The notes below the pieces were generated by a model, which ran no database searches, was not told the DNA's origin, and worked only from the letters and a program-made list of their open reading frames with translations. DNA of 43,891 nucleotides from a virus, in the IMG/VR virus record IMGVR_UViG_3300037565_000037, one strand, 5' to 3'. Below are positions 30,822-39,876 of this stretch, piece by piece. Numbering within the stretch: position 1 is the first letter of the stretch; each line of letters opens with the position of its first letter. A program made the translations under genes and the position numbers.

Positions 30822-32710
30822 CTCTGCCTCATAAGCTCATTCCAGCGGGACTCTGCTGCGTTAAGCTCCTCATGTGACATTTTCGACGTGTCCAGCTTCC
30901 CGAGCTGCTCTATTGTCATAGAGCTGATGTCAGATTTCTGACCGCCTTGAATTGTCTCGCGGAAGGCAGAAATCGGGTTCTCAAGTTCGCGGATCTGCTT
31001 GCGCCCCTCAGAGGGCTTGATAGTGCGATCAGCAACCATGTCCGCAATTTCACCCATCTGCGCTTCGTACTGCGCAATACCGCGCATGGTTTGCAGAATT
31101 AGTTCATTACCGCCAGGCTGGTTGATCAGACGCGGCAGCGAGTTGCGGAACATCTTCACGTCGGCGTCAGACATAGGGCCAGAACCAACAGGGCGTTGCT
31201 GCGGGACCATAGCCTCAAGAAGTGCTCGCGTGCTCTGAATATTGTCTAGACCTTCTGTCGGAATACCGAAGTCACCAAGCATCTGTTTAACGCCTGCCTC
31301 CATGCCAGATGGAGACTCAGACAGAAGGCTTTCAAGACGGTCAATCTGGTTGAGCTTACCGCGAGCCGTCACGCCGCCCTCTGACAGCATTGCGAAGGTT
31401 TCGGCGTTTTTCTTGTCCAAGTTCTCATAGAACTTGTCGCCCTCGCCAATATTGTTGTTGACCGTTACGCCCTTCGTTCCGCCTGTTGTGATAAACTCCG
31501 CATACTCAGGTGTTCCACGTTGCAGTCCTGCAAGCCGTGCGCGTTCTTCCAGTGCCCGAACACTGTCGGGTGCCTTCGGATTTCGCATCTGCTCAAGCTC
31601 AAGACGGCCTTTCTCCAACTGCATCTGACGCAGCGGATCACTTGCCTGCATACGCTGATCAAGCATTGCACCGAGAACGGCCTTCTGGCCTGCCGACATG
31701 TACGGGTTGCTCATGGCGTCAATGAGCTGAAGGGTCTGCTGATCCATCCCGCCCTGTTGAGGCATTGCCTGTGCTACACGCTGAACACCAGTCTGCGGCG
31801 CGGCCTGAGCAACTTCAGGATACGGATTAGCAGAAACGTTCTGACCCTGCATTTTGGTCAACCGCTGAGCAAGAAGCGTCTTCGGGTCCATTGCAGGCTG
31901 TTCAGGCGCAATTGAGGGGTTGAGAGACGCATACTGCCCGCTTGGCTGTCGAGGGCCTTTGTAACCCTCCCATGCTCCAGTGCCTTGCGTGCGGTAAATA
32001 TGCTGCCCGATTTGCTCTTGAAGCTCAGGCGTCATCTTTTCGTCGCCACGTAGACCAAGACCCTCCTTGGCACTGCGCAATGTTGAGCCAACCACCTGGT
32101 AACCGCCCATCGGAGTAGCAACACGGCCAACCTGCCCCTTGACCCATTGCCCATACGGGCCTGACGGATCAGAGAACGCCAGAGCCTCGTCAACGGTCAT
32201 GTCCGTGAGCTTGGTACCTGCGAATTTCCCACCCGGACGGTTTGAGAACCCGAACAGTGCGTCATAATCGCCGCCACTTTCGCCCGCAAAGATACCTTCA
32301 CGAATCTGCGCCCAGTTCTCCGGAGCATTCGTATCACCAAAAGCCGCAAAGCCTTGATTGACACGACGGTTAACCGGGTCTGTTTCCAGATCGGCAGCAG
32401 GAATGTTTCCAGAGTAGGAAACACCAGTTCCACCGCCAGACGGCGCTGAAGAGCCGCCTGAGCCAGAAAGAGCCGACATGATGGACGAGAAGGCATTCCC
32501 CGCGCTTTCCCTGCCGGATTTTTCGGCACGATTGGCTTGGAGTGTGATCAGACCCGAGGCGATGCCGTCACCAAGGGCCGCAATACCCTCGCCGACAGTC
32601 TGCGGAGTGCGGCGTTTGCGCATGGCATCGGCCACAGCACGCATTTTCGCCAGTTCCTGCGGTGTTTTCGCAAGTCCTTCAGTGCCGAAGATAAAAGACG
32701 GAATTGCCAT
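30818..32710 (-). CDS. Internal virion protein with lysozyme-like / lytic transglycosylase domain
   Basis: IFAGESGGDYDALFG...GGYQVVGSTL pattern; size and position analogous to podovirus ejection proteins. Confidence 0.6.
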   Translation of the reverse strand: MAIPSFIFGTEGLAKTPQELAKMRAVADAMRKRRTPQTVGEGIAALGDGIASGLITLQANRAEKSGRESAGNAFSSIMSALSGSGGSSAPSGGGTGVSYSGNIPAADLETDPVNRRVNQGFAAFGDTNAPENWAQIREGIFAGESGGDYDALFGFSNRPGGKFAGTKLTDMTVDEALAFSDPSGPYGQWVKGQVGRVATPMGGYQVVGSTLRSAKEGLGLRGDEKMTPELQEQIGQHIYRTQGTGAWEGYKGPRQPSGQYASLNPSIAPEQPAMDPKTLLAQRLTKMQGQNVSANPYPEVAQAAPQTGVQRVAQAMPQQGGMDQQTLQLIDAMSNPYMSAGQKAVLGAMLDQRMQASDPLRQMQLEKGRLELEQMRNPKAPDSVRALEERARLAGLQRGTPEYAEFITTGGTKGVTVNNNIGEGDKFYENLDKKNAETFAMLSEGGVTARGKLNQIDRLESLLSESPSGMEAGVKQMLGDFGIPTEGLDNIQSTRALLEAMVPQQRPVGSGPMSDADVKMFRNSLPRLINQPGGNELILQTMRGIAQYEAQMGEIADMVADRTIKPSEGRKQIRELENPISAFRETIQGGQKSDISSMTIEQLGKLDTSKMSHEELNAAESRWNELMRQR

Positions 32711-33747
32711 TATGCCGCCCCTCTCATACCAAACAGCTGGCCGTATTTGACCCTGCGCAGACCATCAGAACCGACGACAACAGCATCAGGGCGCTTCTTC
32801 TCGACTTCCTGAGCCATGACGCCAATGTGCTTCTCGCCATCACCGCCAAACTCGGACTTGTATTCGTACTCATAGAGCTTGTGGCCCTTGAGCGTGCCGA
32901 CAGGCTTGATATCTTCCTTGGTGCGCTCGTCCGAAAGCATGGGTATGCCCGCTGAAAGGATAGATCCACCAAATCCGAGAATGCCGCCCAACATGTTATT
33001 GCGCTGCTGAACCTGCGAGTTATACGCGTTCATGCGCTGATTATAGTTGTCGCTCACAATGCCCGCATAATCAGTTGTCGGCATTGCGCCGATATTCGGG
33101 TTCATGAACTGCGGCATTGATACCTGACCAGTGCCTAAGAGCGCACCGATCTCGTTGATGGGCTGATTGCGCTCCGCCAACGCCTCCTGGTAAGCCTGTT
33201 GGCGACCACTCAGAAGAAGGCTATTATAGGCGTCGTTGCTCGACTGGCTGAGATTGCGCATCTCACGGTCGTAGCCTTCGGTGCCAACCTTAAGCCCCTG
33301 GTTGGCAAGACGCGTTCTTGTCTGGTCTTCTCGTTCTGCAAGGATCGGATCAAGGCGCTTGCGGCCAAGCTCCATCAAACGGGCTTCAGTTGCCTCATTC
33401 GACCCGTCAAACGGCTTGTTCAAGTATCCTTTAAGGAAGCCTGACTGATCGTTCGCAATCGTCGCCAGGTTCAGTGATGCGGCATCAGACTGATTTTTGA
33501 TCCGCTGTTGCTGACCAGAAAGCGTTTGTGTTTGAGTAATGATCGGGATTTCATATGTTTTCCCGGTCGCCCCATCCACAAACTTGCGCGTACCAGTTTG
33601 AGACTGTGTAAACGACCCGTCAGGCGTTACCTGATTGGGGTTTTGAAGCCATGCATTTGCCACCGCCGTCGAAACGTTCGTGCCGGTTTGAGCGGCAGCG
33701 GTTTCTTGGGGATCGGGCGGCTTAGGGGGTTTCGGTGATGAGATCAC
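32710..33747 (-). CDS. Virion protein with C-terminal peptidase-S74 intramolecular chaperone domain
   Basis: C-terminal SDERTKEDIKPVG...GVMAQEVEKKRPDAV matches the S74 autoproteolytic chaperone motif; GTG start with GGAGAGGGA RBS. Confidence 0.6.
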   Translation of the reverse strand: MISSPKPPKPPDPQETAAAQTGTNVSTAVANAWLQNPNQVTPDGSFTQSQTGTRKFVDGATGKTYEIPIITQTQTLSGQQQRIKNQSDAASLNLATIANDQSGFLKGYLNKPFDGSNEATEARLMELGRKRLDPILAEREDQTRTRLANQGLKVGTEGYDREMRNLSQSSNDAYNSLLLSGRQQAYQEALAERNQPINEIGALLGTGQVSMPQFMNPNIGAMPTTDYAGIVSDNYNQRMNAYNSQVQQRNNMLGGILGFGGSILSAGIPMLSDERTKEDIKPVGTLKGHKLYEYEYKSEFGGDGEKHIGVMAQEVEKKRPDAVVVGSDGLRRVKYGQLFGMRGAA

Positions 33748-34201
33748 GTTTCCCTCTCCTTCCGATCTTCGAATTTTCTGCTTGTTCTTTGGTCAAGGTG
33801 AAAATCAGCCCGCCTTCGTTCTCTCCGAACAGTCGCGGGATCAGATATTCAGAAAAGCCATAGCTCTTGAGCATCCGGCTAATGTGCTTGTTGCGCTCTT
33901 TCGTCTTAGTAATGAGAAGCTGCAAGCCGAGGTCATCAAACACATACCTGCGCATTTCCTCCAGAAGACGGAAGTTAACCCACCGCCTGGAAGTCGCGGC
34001 CATCGTGAACTCGATAGTCTTGGCACTGATATCGTAGTTGTTGAAGATCACACAGCCGATCAGCTTGCCATCCTCAAACGCGCCCAAGCAAACACAGTTC
34101 TCATAGTCTTGAGGCAAATCCGGGTCGATCTGCCCATAACCCCAAGCGGCCATGGCATCCCTGACATCAGGATTAGCCGAGCAGCCCCATCCAATGTCCA
34201 T
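33722..34201 (-). CDS. GNAT-family acetyltransferase-like protein inside the tail module
   Basis: Size and pattern (LGAFEDGKLIGCVIF...RRWVNFRLLEEMRRYVFDDLGLQLLITKT...NKHISRMLKSYGF) fit the GNAT fold; TGATG coupled to the upstream gene. Confidence 0.5.
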   Translation of the reverse strand: MDIGWGCSANPDVRDAMAAWGYGQIDPDLPQDYENCVCLGAFEDGKLIGCVIFNNYDISAKTIEFTMAATSRRWVNFRLLEEMRRYVFDDLGLQLLITKTKERNKHISRMLKSYGFSEYLIPRLFGENEGGLIFTLTKEQAENSKIGRRGKRDLITETP

Positions 34202-36015
34202 CAGACGACAATTGCCCCTTGCGTGTATGTCAAGGTGAAGGAGTTCAACTCAACGCCGGGCTCAGTCGTATCGCCCAAGGTAATTTGGATTTGCGGAGCA
34301 TGAGCAAATCCTGTTTTGCCGATTGATGCCCACTTGGTATTCAGCACACCTTCAGTCGGGCCGCCCCACAAGGCCTCATCCCACTTGCCGTCATCCCAAC
34401 CGCCTTCGACCAGAACAGACACGTTAGACGGCGCTGTCGGAAGGTTGATGTCGTAGTCAACAGATGCAGAAATCTTGTAGTTGAAGTTCGTCGTCGTGAT
34501 GAAGTGAGCACGCGCTTGCTGTGCAGTCTTGGTAACTTCAGGAGCACCTAGCTGGTCGAACTGGCCAACGTACGTGCAAACATATGTGGCCTCATTGTCA
34601 GCCCCTGTGCGCTCCATCTCGTAGACAATGCCGTCATTCGCACCAAAAAACGCCCGACCGTCATAAATTGAGGTGCAGCGCGGGTCGATGCCGGTAAACC
34701 TGCACCATGCACCAGTCTCAAGATTGGCAACAAAGCATTCAGCGTCCAGCGTTTCGTCAATGCGCGGCTGGGTGACGATCATCATGGACTTCTGCGTCCA
34801 CTTCAGGATCTCCCAATTATAATCTCCGCGATTGTTGAATCCCGTCTTCCATGCTGGTTCGATTGGCCTTGAGGCGCTAGTCAGGGATAGAGCTGCGATA
34901 TCCTTCTGAATGGCTGCTGTGAGCGGAACAAGACCCACGTCAGTGGCAATCAACAAGTCGCCACCAGCGCGCATATGAGCCTTTAGGCCAAGTGGAGTGC
35001 CGATCTGGTACACTCCAACCTTCGACCAGCTGGCAGGGTCGATGCCTTCGTAGACGGCTACCTCGCCTTCAGTCGAAACAAAAACACACTTGTCGTCCAG
35101 GCCATCGCCAGCATCGAGCGACCACGTAGCCCCAAAGAGGAGTGAACCGCCTTGCTTAAACACGCCAGCCAGGGAAAAGCTCGTGGCGGCCCCGCCGATA
35201 CTGTCAGCTGGCAGATACCAAGCCTTTTTGGTGTCCTTCTCAACGAAGAACAATCTCTCGGCATATGACCATACTTGAGACAACGACGACGTCGTGACAC
35301 CAGTAATTGTGACGGTCGACAGAGAGGACTCTGCACCGTTCGCGACAGCCGCGCCGCTCACTGAGCCGGTCAGAACTTCATCATCAACAAATGGCGAACT
35401 CGTTACCGGACCAATGTAGAGCGTGCCGCTTGTAGCATCCCCAAGAACCGCAAGAACCGTTGCGCTAGCCCCGCCTGCCCCTGTGACTGTTTCTCCCCGC
35501 GCAAATGCAACACTGCCGCCATCATAGTTGAGCGTGTTTACCGCAGCCGTGTTGACTGGATACCAGTTCGATCCATCCCATTGCCACATGACGTCAGTAC
35601 CATTGACACAGACGACAAAGTCACCGCCCGCCGTGCTGAACTGCTGTGTTGAATAGTAGCCAGTCGTCTGACCTTGCACGACCGGATCAGGGATCGTGTC
35701 TGCGTCTGAAACTGTGGTGATGTCGAAAATGTTGGTTTCATCAGCCGCGAACAGGTTCTCAGTTGTCCCGCTCTTGTAGTTCCACGCCGATTCCACCGCC
35801 CCAGCAGAGATTTTCTGCCACTTATACGTGCCTTTGCGCGCTCGTGCTCCAGTTGGCGTTGGAAACCAGTTATCCAGTCGACGGGCAGACGCTGGAGAGG
35901 CAAGCGCAAGGTTTTCGTTGAGTATCCAGCCGCGAGAAGGTGCAGGGAATGTCTTTGCCTTGAGCTTGTGCCGCTGCGCAGTCGCAACGGGCGCTCTGCG
36001 GATAGCCTTCCTCAT
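34201..36015 (-). CDS. Tail tubular B / nozzle-like virion protein (604 aa)
   Basis: Size and position after the adaptor-like gene; coupled starts and stops. Confidence 0.45.
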   Translation of the reverse strand: MRKAIRRAPVATAQRHKLKAKTFPAPSRGWILNENLALASPASARRLDNWFPTPTGARARKGTYKWQKISAGAVESAWNYKSGTTENLFAADETNIFDITTVSDADTIPDPVVQGQTTGYYSTQQFSTAGGDFVVCVNGTDVMWQWDGSNWYPVNTAAVNTLNYDGGSVAFARGETVTGAGGASATVLAVLGDATSGTLYIGPVTSSPFVDDEVLTGSVSGAAVANGAESSLSTVTITGVTTSSLSQVWSYAERLFFVEKDTKKAWYLPADSIGGAATSFSLAGVFKQGGSLLFGATWSLDAGDGLDDKCVFVSTEGEVAVYEGIDPASWSKVGVYQIGTPLGLKAHMRAGGDLLIATDVGLVPLTAAIQKDIAALSLTSASRPIEPAWKTGFNNRGDYNWEILKWTQKSMMIVTQPRIDETLDAECFVANLETGAWCRFTGIDPRCTSIYDGRAFFGANDGIVYEMERTGADNEATYVCTYVGQFDQLGAPEVTKTAQQARAHFITTTNFNYKISASVDYDINLPTAPSNVSVLVEGGWDDGKWDEALWGGPTEGVLNTKWASIGKTGFAHAPQIQITLGDTTEPGVELNSFTLTYTQGAIVV

Positions 36016-36707
36016 GCCGTGATGCTCACCGGATAAGCGATCTTGACGTCACTCGGCAGGCGCGGACGGCCAACGCGAATACCTTTCGAACCCTTGTCAG
36101 CGATAATCAGACGCTCTTTCAGCTCCTCATAATCCTGCATTGCCTCGGCATAGTCCTGACCCTTGTATTCCTTCCAGCGCCAGATAATGCCGAGCTTAAG
36201 CAGGTCCTCACTCAGGCCATATGTGTCATCATCAGCCGTGAAAGATGTCTTGAGAGAACCGCCGTTTGCCGTAACAACCGTGTTGCGAACGTAGAAGTAT
36301 TTCGCGGTGACGGCGCTTGCCAGAGCGGGTTTCACATGGATCTCACCTCCATAGATCGTCCATGCGTTGATGATAAAGTCGAACGACTGAACATCAAGCT
36401 CAAGCCACCTGTCCAGGTCCTTGATATGAGAGAGGGCTGTTTCAAGCGACGAGGACCAAAGGTGGGTCTTCTTCATCTGCCTGAGGTAATCGGACGGCAG
36501 GCTCCAGTCTTCCGTGGCCCCGTCGCCCGTAATCGTGGCGATCTTGCACAGCGCCTGCCAGTCGTAGACGTCTGCTATACGCCTTGCCATTTCGTTGGCG
36601 ACCGAACGCAGTTCCTCGATTTCACGAGTGGTCGAGGAAAAGACAACGTCCGGCTCTTCGAGGCCGACAACCTTGGCGACCTCTTGGCAGACTGACAGGA
36701 TAGTCAT
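36012..36707 (-). CDS. Tail tubular A / adaptor-like virion protein (231 aa)
   Basis: Position and size; ATGA coupling. Confidence 0.4.
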   Translation of the reverse strand: MTILSVCQEVAKVVGLEEPDVVFSSTTREIEELRSVANEMARRIADVYDWQALCKIATITGDGATEDWSLPSDYLRQMKKTHLWSSSLETALSHIKDLDRWLELDVQSFDFIINAWTIYGGEIHVKPALASAVTAKYFYVRNTVVTANGGSLKTSFTADDDTYGLSEDLLKLGIIWRWKEYKGQDYAEAMQDYEELKERLIIADKGSKGIRVGRPRLPSDVKIAYPVSITA

Positions 36708-37444
36708 TAAGCGGCCTCACTTGCCTTTGCGAGCTGAGCATTCAGTTCATCAGCCGTCTGGACGAGCTTGTCGTGACCGGCCTTGTGATGAGCTTTGCCG
36801 CCCTGCTCTTCGATCCAGAGGCGGATTGTGTCGTCATCCCAATCTTCAAAGGGAGACGGCGCAGTGGGGATGTCAGCGTCTGCGACTTCGGTTTGATGAA
36901 CGGTAACGCCCGTATTCATCATTGCCTCAAGCTGAGTGATGCGATCAGAAAGGGCCGCGTTTTCAGCTGCCAGCTTTGTGGCATCAGCAGTGCCTGCTGC
37001 CTTGTCCAGCCATGCCTGCGCTTGGTTCTTCAGTTCGCGAGCGCCCATACCGAGACGTTGCAGAGGAGTTCCATCCAGGCCGGCCAATGCCTCTGCCGTG
37101 TAGACGTTGGCTGCTTCAAGCTCTTTCCGGCGCGCTTCAGTCAAGAACGGGAGTTCCTTGAGAGGAGTGCCGCTTCCGATGAACTTCTGGCCCTTCTTGA
37201 ACGCCTCATAGGGGCCTTCGTGAAGCTCTGCATAAGTCAAGCGCTGGTTTGTGTCGGGATGGCGAACACTTGACGGACCATTGGCCGGAGCGACGAGCGT
37301 GCTTTTCGGATCGCCTGCCGTGCGGATCTCGACCATTTCGATGTCGTCGTAGATGGCGCGGCCTTGTTCGGCTGTCTTGCGCTTGTTCAGCTTGCTGTCG
37401 TTGAAAAACCTGACGGCGAGGTGCTTGAAATCAAATTCAGGCAT
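36707..37444 (-). CDS. Virion-module hypothetical protein (245 aa)
   Basis: Start moved to ATG 37444 (MPEFDFKHL, GAAGGA RBS), 4 nt after the upstream stop. Confidence 0.55.
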   Translation of the reverse strand: MPEFDFKHLAVRFFNDSKLNKRKTAEQGRAIYDDIEMVEIRTAGDPKSTLVAPANGPSSVRHPDTNQRLTYAELHEGPYEAFKKGQKFIGSGTPLKELPFLTEARRKELEAANVYTAEALAGLDGTPLQRLGMGARELKNQAQAWLDKAAGTADATKLAAENAALSDRITQLEAMMNTGVTVHQTEVADADIPTAPSPFEDWDDDTIRLWIEEQGGKAHHKAGHDKLVQTADELNAQLAKASEAA

Positions 37445-37448
37445 CGTT

Positions 37449-38294
37449 TTATTGTCCTTCTGAGGGAGTGCGGGTTTTGAGGGGGTTTCTGTACATGGAG
37501 GGCAACAAGCCTTCCCCATGCACGTGGAGTTCACAGCCAAGCTCTTTGAGGTCGTTTGCGATGATCTGGAAGCGCTCCGCCGCCGCCTTCATGGCGACAG
37601 TTGAGAGAAACGTCTCATCGCCCCACTGCGTCAGCACGCAAGGGATGTCATCATTCATTGGCTGTGAATAGGAATGGCTCTTGCCCTCTCGATGGGAGCA
37701 ATCGAAGCCAAAGCAGTGAATTGTTCTGTAGCCCATGACATAGGCCGCACAGCAGGCACTATTACCAACGCCAAAGCCGCCGCCAACAAGCGCATAAGAC
37801 GTCTTTTCCCGGCGCTCAGGAGGTAAATTGTCCTCGCTCCCTTCAGATGAGAGATGCATCAGGACAGGATTTGAAATGGCATCCACTGTTGCCGGGTCAA
37901 TCTGTGACGCGAACAGGTGGTTTGGTATTGTCTCGTCAACGAGCGACAAGGTTTCCGGCTTGGCGTCAATCATGACCTGCCAATCCGACCTTATGCCGTG
38001 CTGACTAAGCCAACGAGACGCGCCATTCAGCGAGAAGACCGTTGCGCCCATCCGCTGACGATGTCGTATTACGCTCAGATCATCCTTGGCAGATGGTCCG
38101 CCGCCGACAATGATAGCCACGCCGTCGTGCGGGTCTTCAAACTTCAGCCAGGAAAGATGTTCATGCGCACTGTTTATGCGTATGTTGTCAGCGATCTTGT
38201 TGTCGCTTGTGTTGCACGTGAGTACAAACCGAAGCTCAAGCGGAACCTTTGAGCCTGGGTTTTGGTAGGTGGAAAGGTGGATTTCGCTATCCAT
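37449..38294 (-). CDS. MptE/Maf-like (DUF115) putative glycosyltransferase
   Basis: VAIIVGGGPS...SLNGASRWL...SDWQVMIDAKPE...GGGFGVGNSACCAAYVMGYRTIHCFGFDCS follows the DUF115 pattern as recalled. Confidence 0.5.
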   Translation of the reverse strand: MDSEIHLSTYQNPGSKVPLELRFVLTCNTSDNKIADNIRINSAHEHLSWLKFEDPHDGVAIIVGGGPSAKDDLSVIRHRQRMGATVFSLNGASRWLSQHGIRSDWQVMIDAKPETLSLVDETIPNHLFASQIDPATVDAISNPVLMHLSSEGSEDNLPPERREKTSYALVGGGFGVGNSACCAAYVMGYRTIHCFGFDCSHREGKSHSYSQPMNDDIPCVLTQWGDETFLSTVAMKAAAERFQIIANDLKELGCELHVHGEGLLPSMYRNPLKTRTPSEGQ

Positions 38295-38332
38295 GGTGAA
38301 GTGGGGCGAGCCGAAACCCGCCCCTGCTCCTG

Positions 38333-38827
38333 TTAGTCCGAAGACGGGCCAGCCGGGCGGTTGAGCGCCACGTTGACCGACGTAACGGCAGACGCACCGG
38401 AAGCAGCCGCCTGTACCACAGCATTCGCAAGGCGAAGAGTGGTAACAGCCGCGACAGCCAGGCCAGAGGTGGCACCGAGCGGAGCAGCCGCAGCGAAGGA
38501 CGTAGCCGAAGCCTTGTCCACGACTGCAACGCCGCCGATCTGATACCAGCCATACTGGCTACCGACGTTCGCCGACATGGCAACAGCCAAGGCACGGGGA
38601 ACGCCGACAGCAATGCTGGCAAGTGCGCTCTGGAAGGTCGCCGCATCAAAGGACACGACTTTCCCGGCGTCGGTGCCGGTCACGCCAACGAGATAGATGA
38701 ACTCGCCAACACCGTAGGTGTCGTGCTTGCAAGTGACAATCGTCCCGAGTGCGTGCTTCTGGGTGGTCGAGGTTTCGTCAATGTTCTGACCCAGCAGAAA
38801 ATTGCCCGAGGGAGTCCAATCAGCCAT
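38333..38827 (-). CDS. Capsid-associated (decoration-like) protein, Ala/Ser/Thr-rich C-terminus
   Basis: Immediately downstream of the major capsid gene (13-nt gap, AAGGAGGG RBS). Confidence 0.45.
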   Translation of the reverse strand: MADWTPSGNFLLGQNIDETSTTQKHALGTIVTCKHDTYGVGEFIYLVGVTGTDAGKVVSFDAATFQSALASIAVGVPRALAVAMSANVGSQYGWYQIGGVAVVDKASATSFAAAAPLGATSGLAVAAVTTLRLANAVVQAAASGASAVTSVNVALNRPAGPSSD

Positions 38828-38840
38828 AATTCAGCCCTCC

Positions 38841-39845
38841 TTAGGTAGCTGTGTCGCTGTCGTACAGCTTGGCCATGTGGAGCGGATTGTTCATGGTCAG
38901 GTTTCCGAAGAAACCGATGTGCTGAACCATCGCGTCCTGGTTGATGGGCATCTGTTTGCCGCCAAACTTCACGAAGTTGCGATCCGGGTGATACCGGAAG
39001 CGAAGGGCCTTCGTGTCGATGAAGTAGGTCACGTCATCCGGCATTGCCGAACCGATCCCGCCTTCCAGAACGACATCAACAGACTTGCCAGCGCCGTAGT
39101 ACTTCAGGTTGGTGAAGCCGAGCGCACCGAGCTCGTTCTCGTCCTGAATGCGCTGGATTGCGGTGGTGGCTGCGGTGTATGCGATGTAGTGCTGCTGAGA
39201 GCACACGATCACGTCCGGGCCTTTGGTGCCACGGCTACGCTCGATCATGATGTTATCGAAGATCGTCTTAACCGTGGATGACGTCACCTGCGTGATGCCG
39301 GTGAAATCGGTGTCGGCATCGTAGGTCGACGTCTGCCAGATCGCATTGGAGCGGGCAATGCCGCCATATGAACCACTGGAAACAGTGGTCGGCAGGACGA
39401 GCTGAAGGCCGCCGATCTGGTTAGATGCAGTGCCATCCGAGTGAAGATCTTCAACAAAGCGGTCAACCAGTTCGGTTTCAGCCGCCATGATGTGCTCTTC
39501 CATGATGTCCTTCAGCTGGTTGGAGCCAGAGTTCTTCAGGATATCTTCGCCAGAAAGCGTGACAGAGACTGCTGCGAGCTTCGGAGTGAACTCAGCGTCG
39601 TTGAACAGTTCTGCCGGGGTCGGGTTCAGATACTGATAGCCCGAATAACGGGTGTAGGTACCGGACTCGTTATAGAGCAGACGCTCACGGATCGTCGGAC
39701 CCGAGAAGGTCTTGAACTGCCCCTTCTTCTTCATCAGATAGAGAATGGCGTTCGAGTTCGACACAAGGTCAGCATAACCTTTGGAGCGATCCTCAAGCGC
39801 CAACGAGAACGCCTCTTGCAGGCGCTCATTGGTATTAAGAGCCAT
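38841..39845 (-). CDS. Major capsid protein
   Basis: 334 aa, position after the scaffold, HK97-fold-like podovirus capsid sequence flavour (MALNTNERLQEAF...FFGNLTMNNPLHMAKL). Confidence 0.8.
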   Translation of the reverse strand: MALNTNERLQEAFSLALEDRSKGYADLVSNSNAILYLMKKKGQFKTFSGPTIRERLLYNESGTYTRYSGYQYLNPTPAELFNDAEFTPKLAAVSVTLSGEDILKNSGSNQLKDIMEEHIMAAETELVDRFVEDLHSDGTASNQIGGLQLVLPTTVSSGSYGGIARSNAIWQTSTYDADTDFTGITQVTSSTVKTIFDNIMIERSRGTKGPDVIVCSQQHYIAYTAATTAIQRIQDENELGALGFTNLKYYGAGKSVDVVLEGGIGSAMPDDVTYFIDTKALRFRYHPDRNFVKFGGKQMPINQDAMVQHIGFFGNLTMNNPLHMAKLYDSDTAT

Positions 39846-39876
39846 TACGGCCTCCTATTGAGCTTGATGCAGCCCG

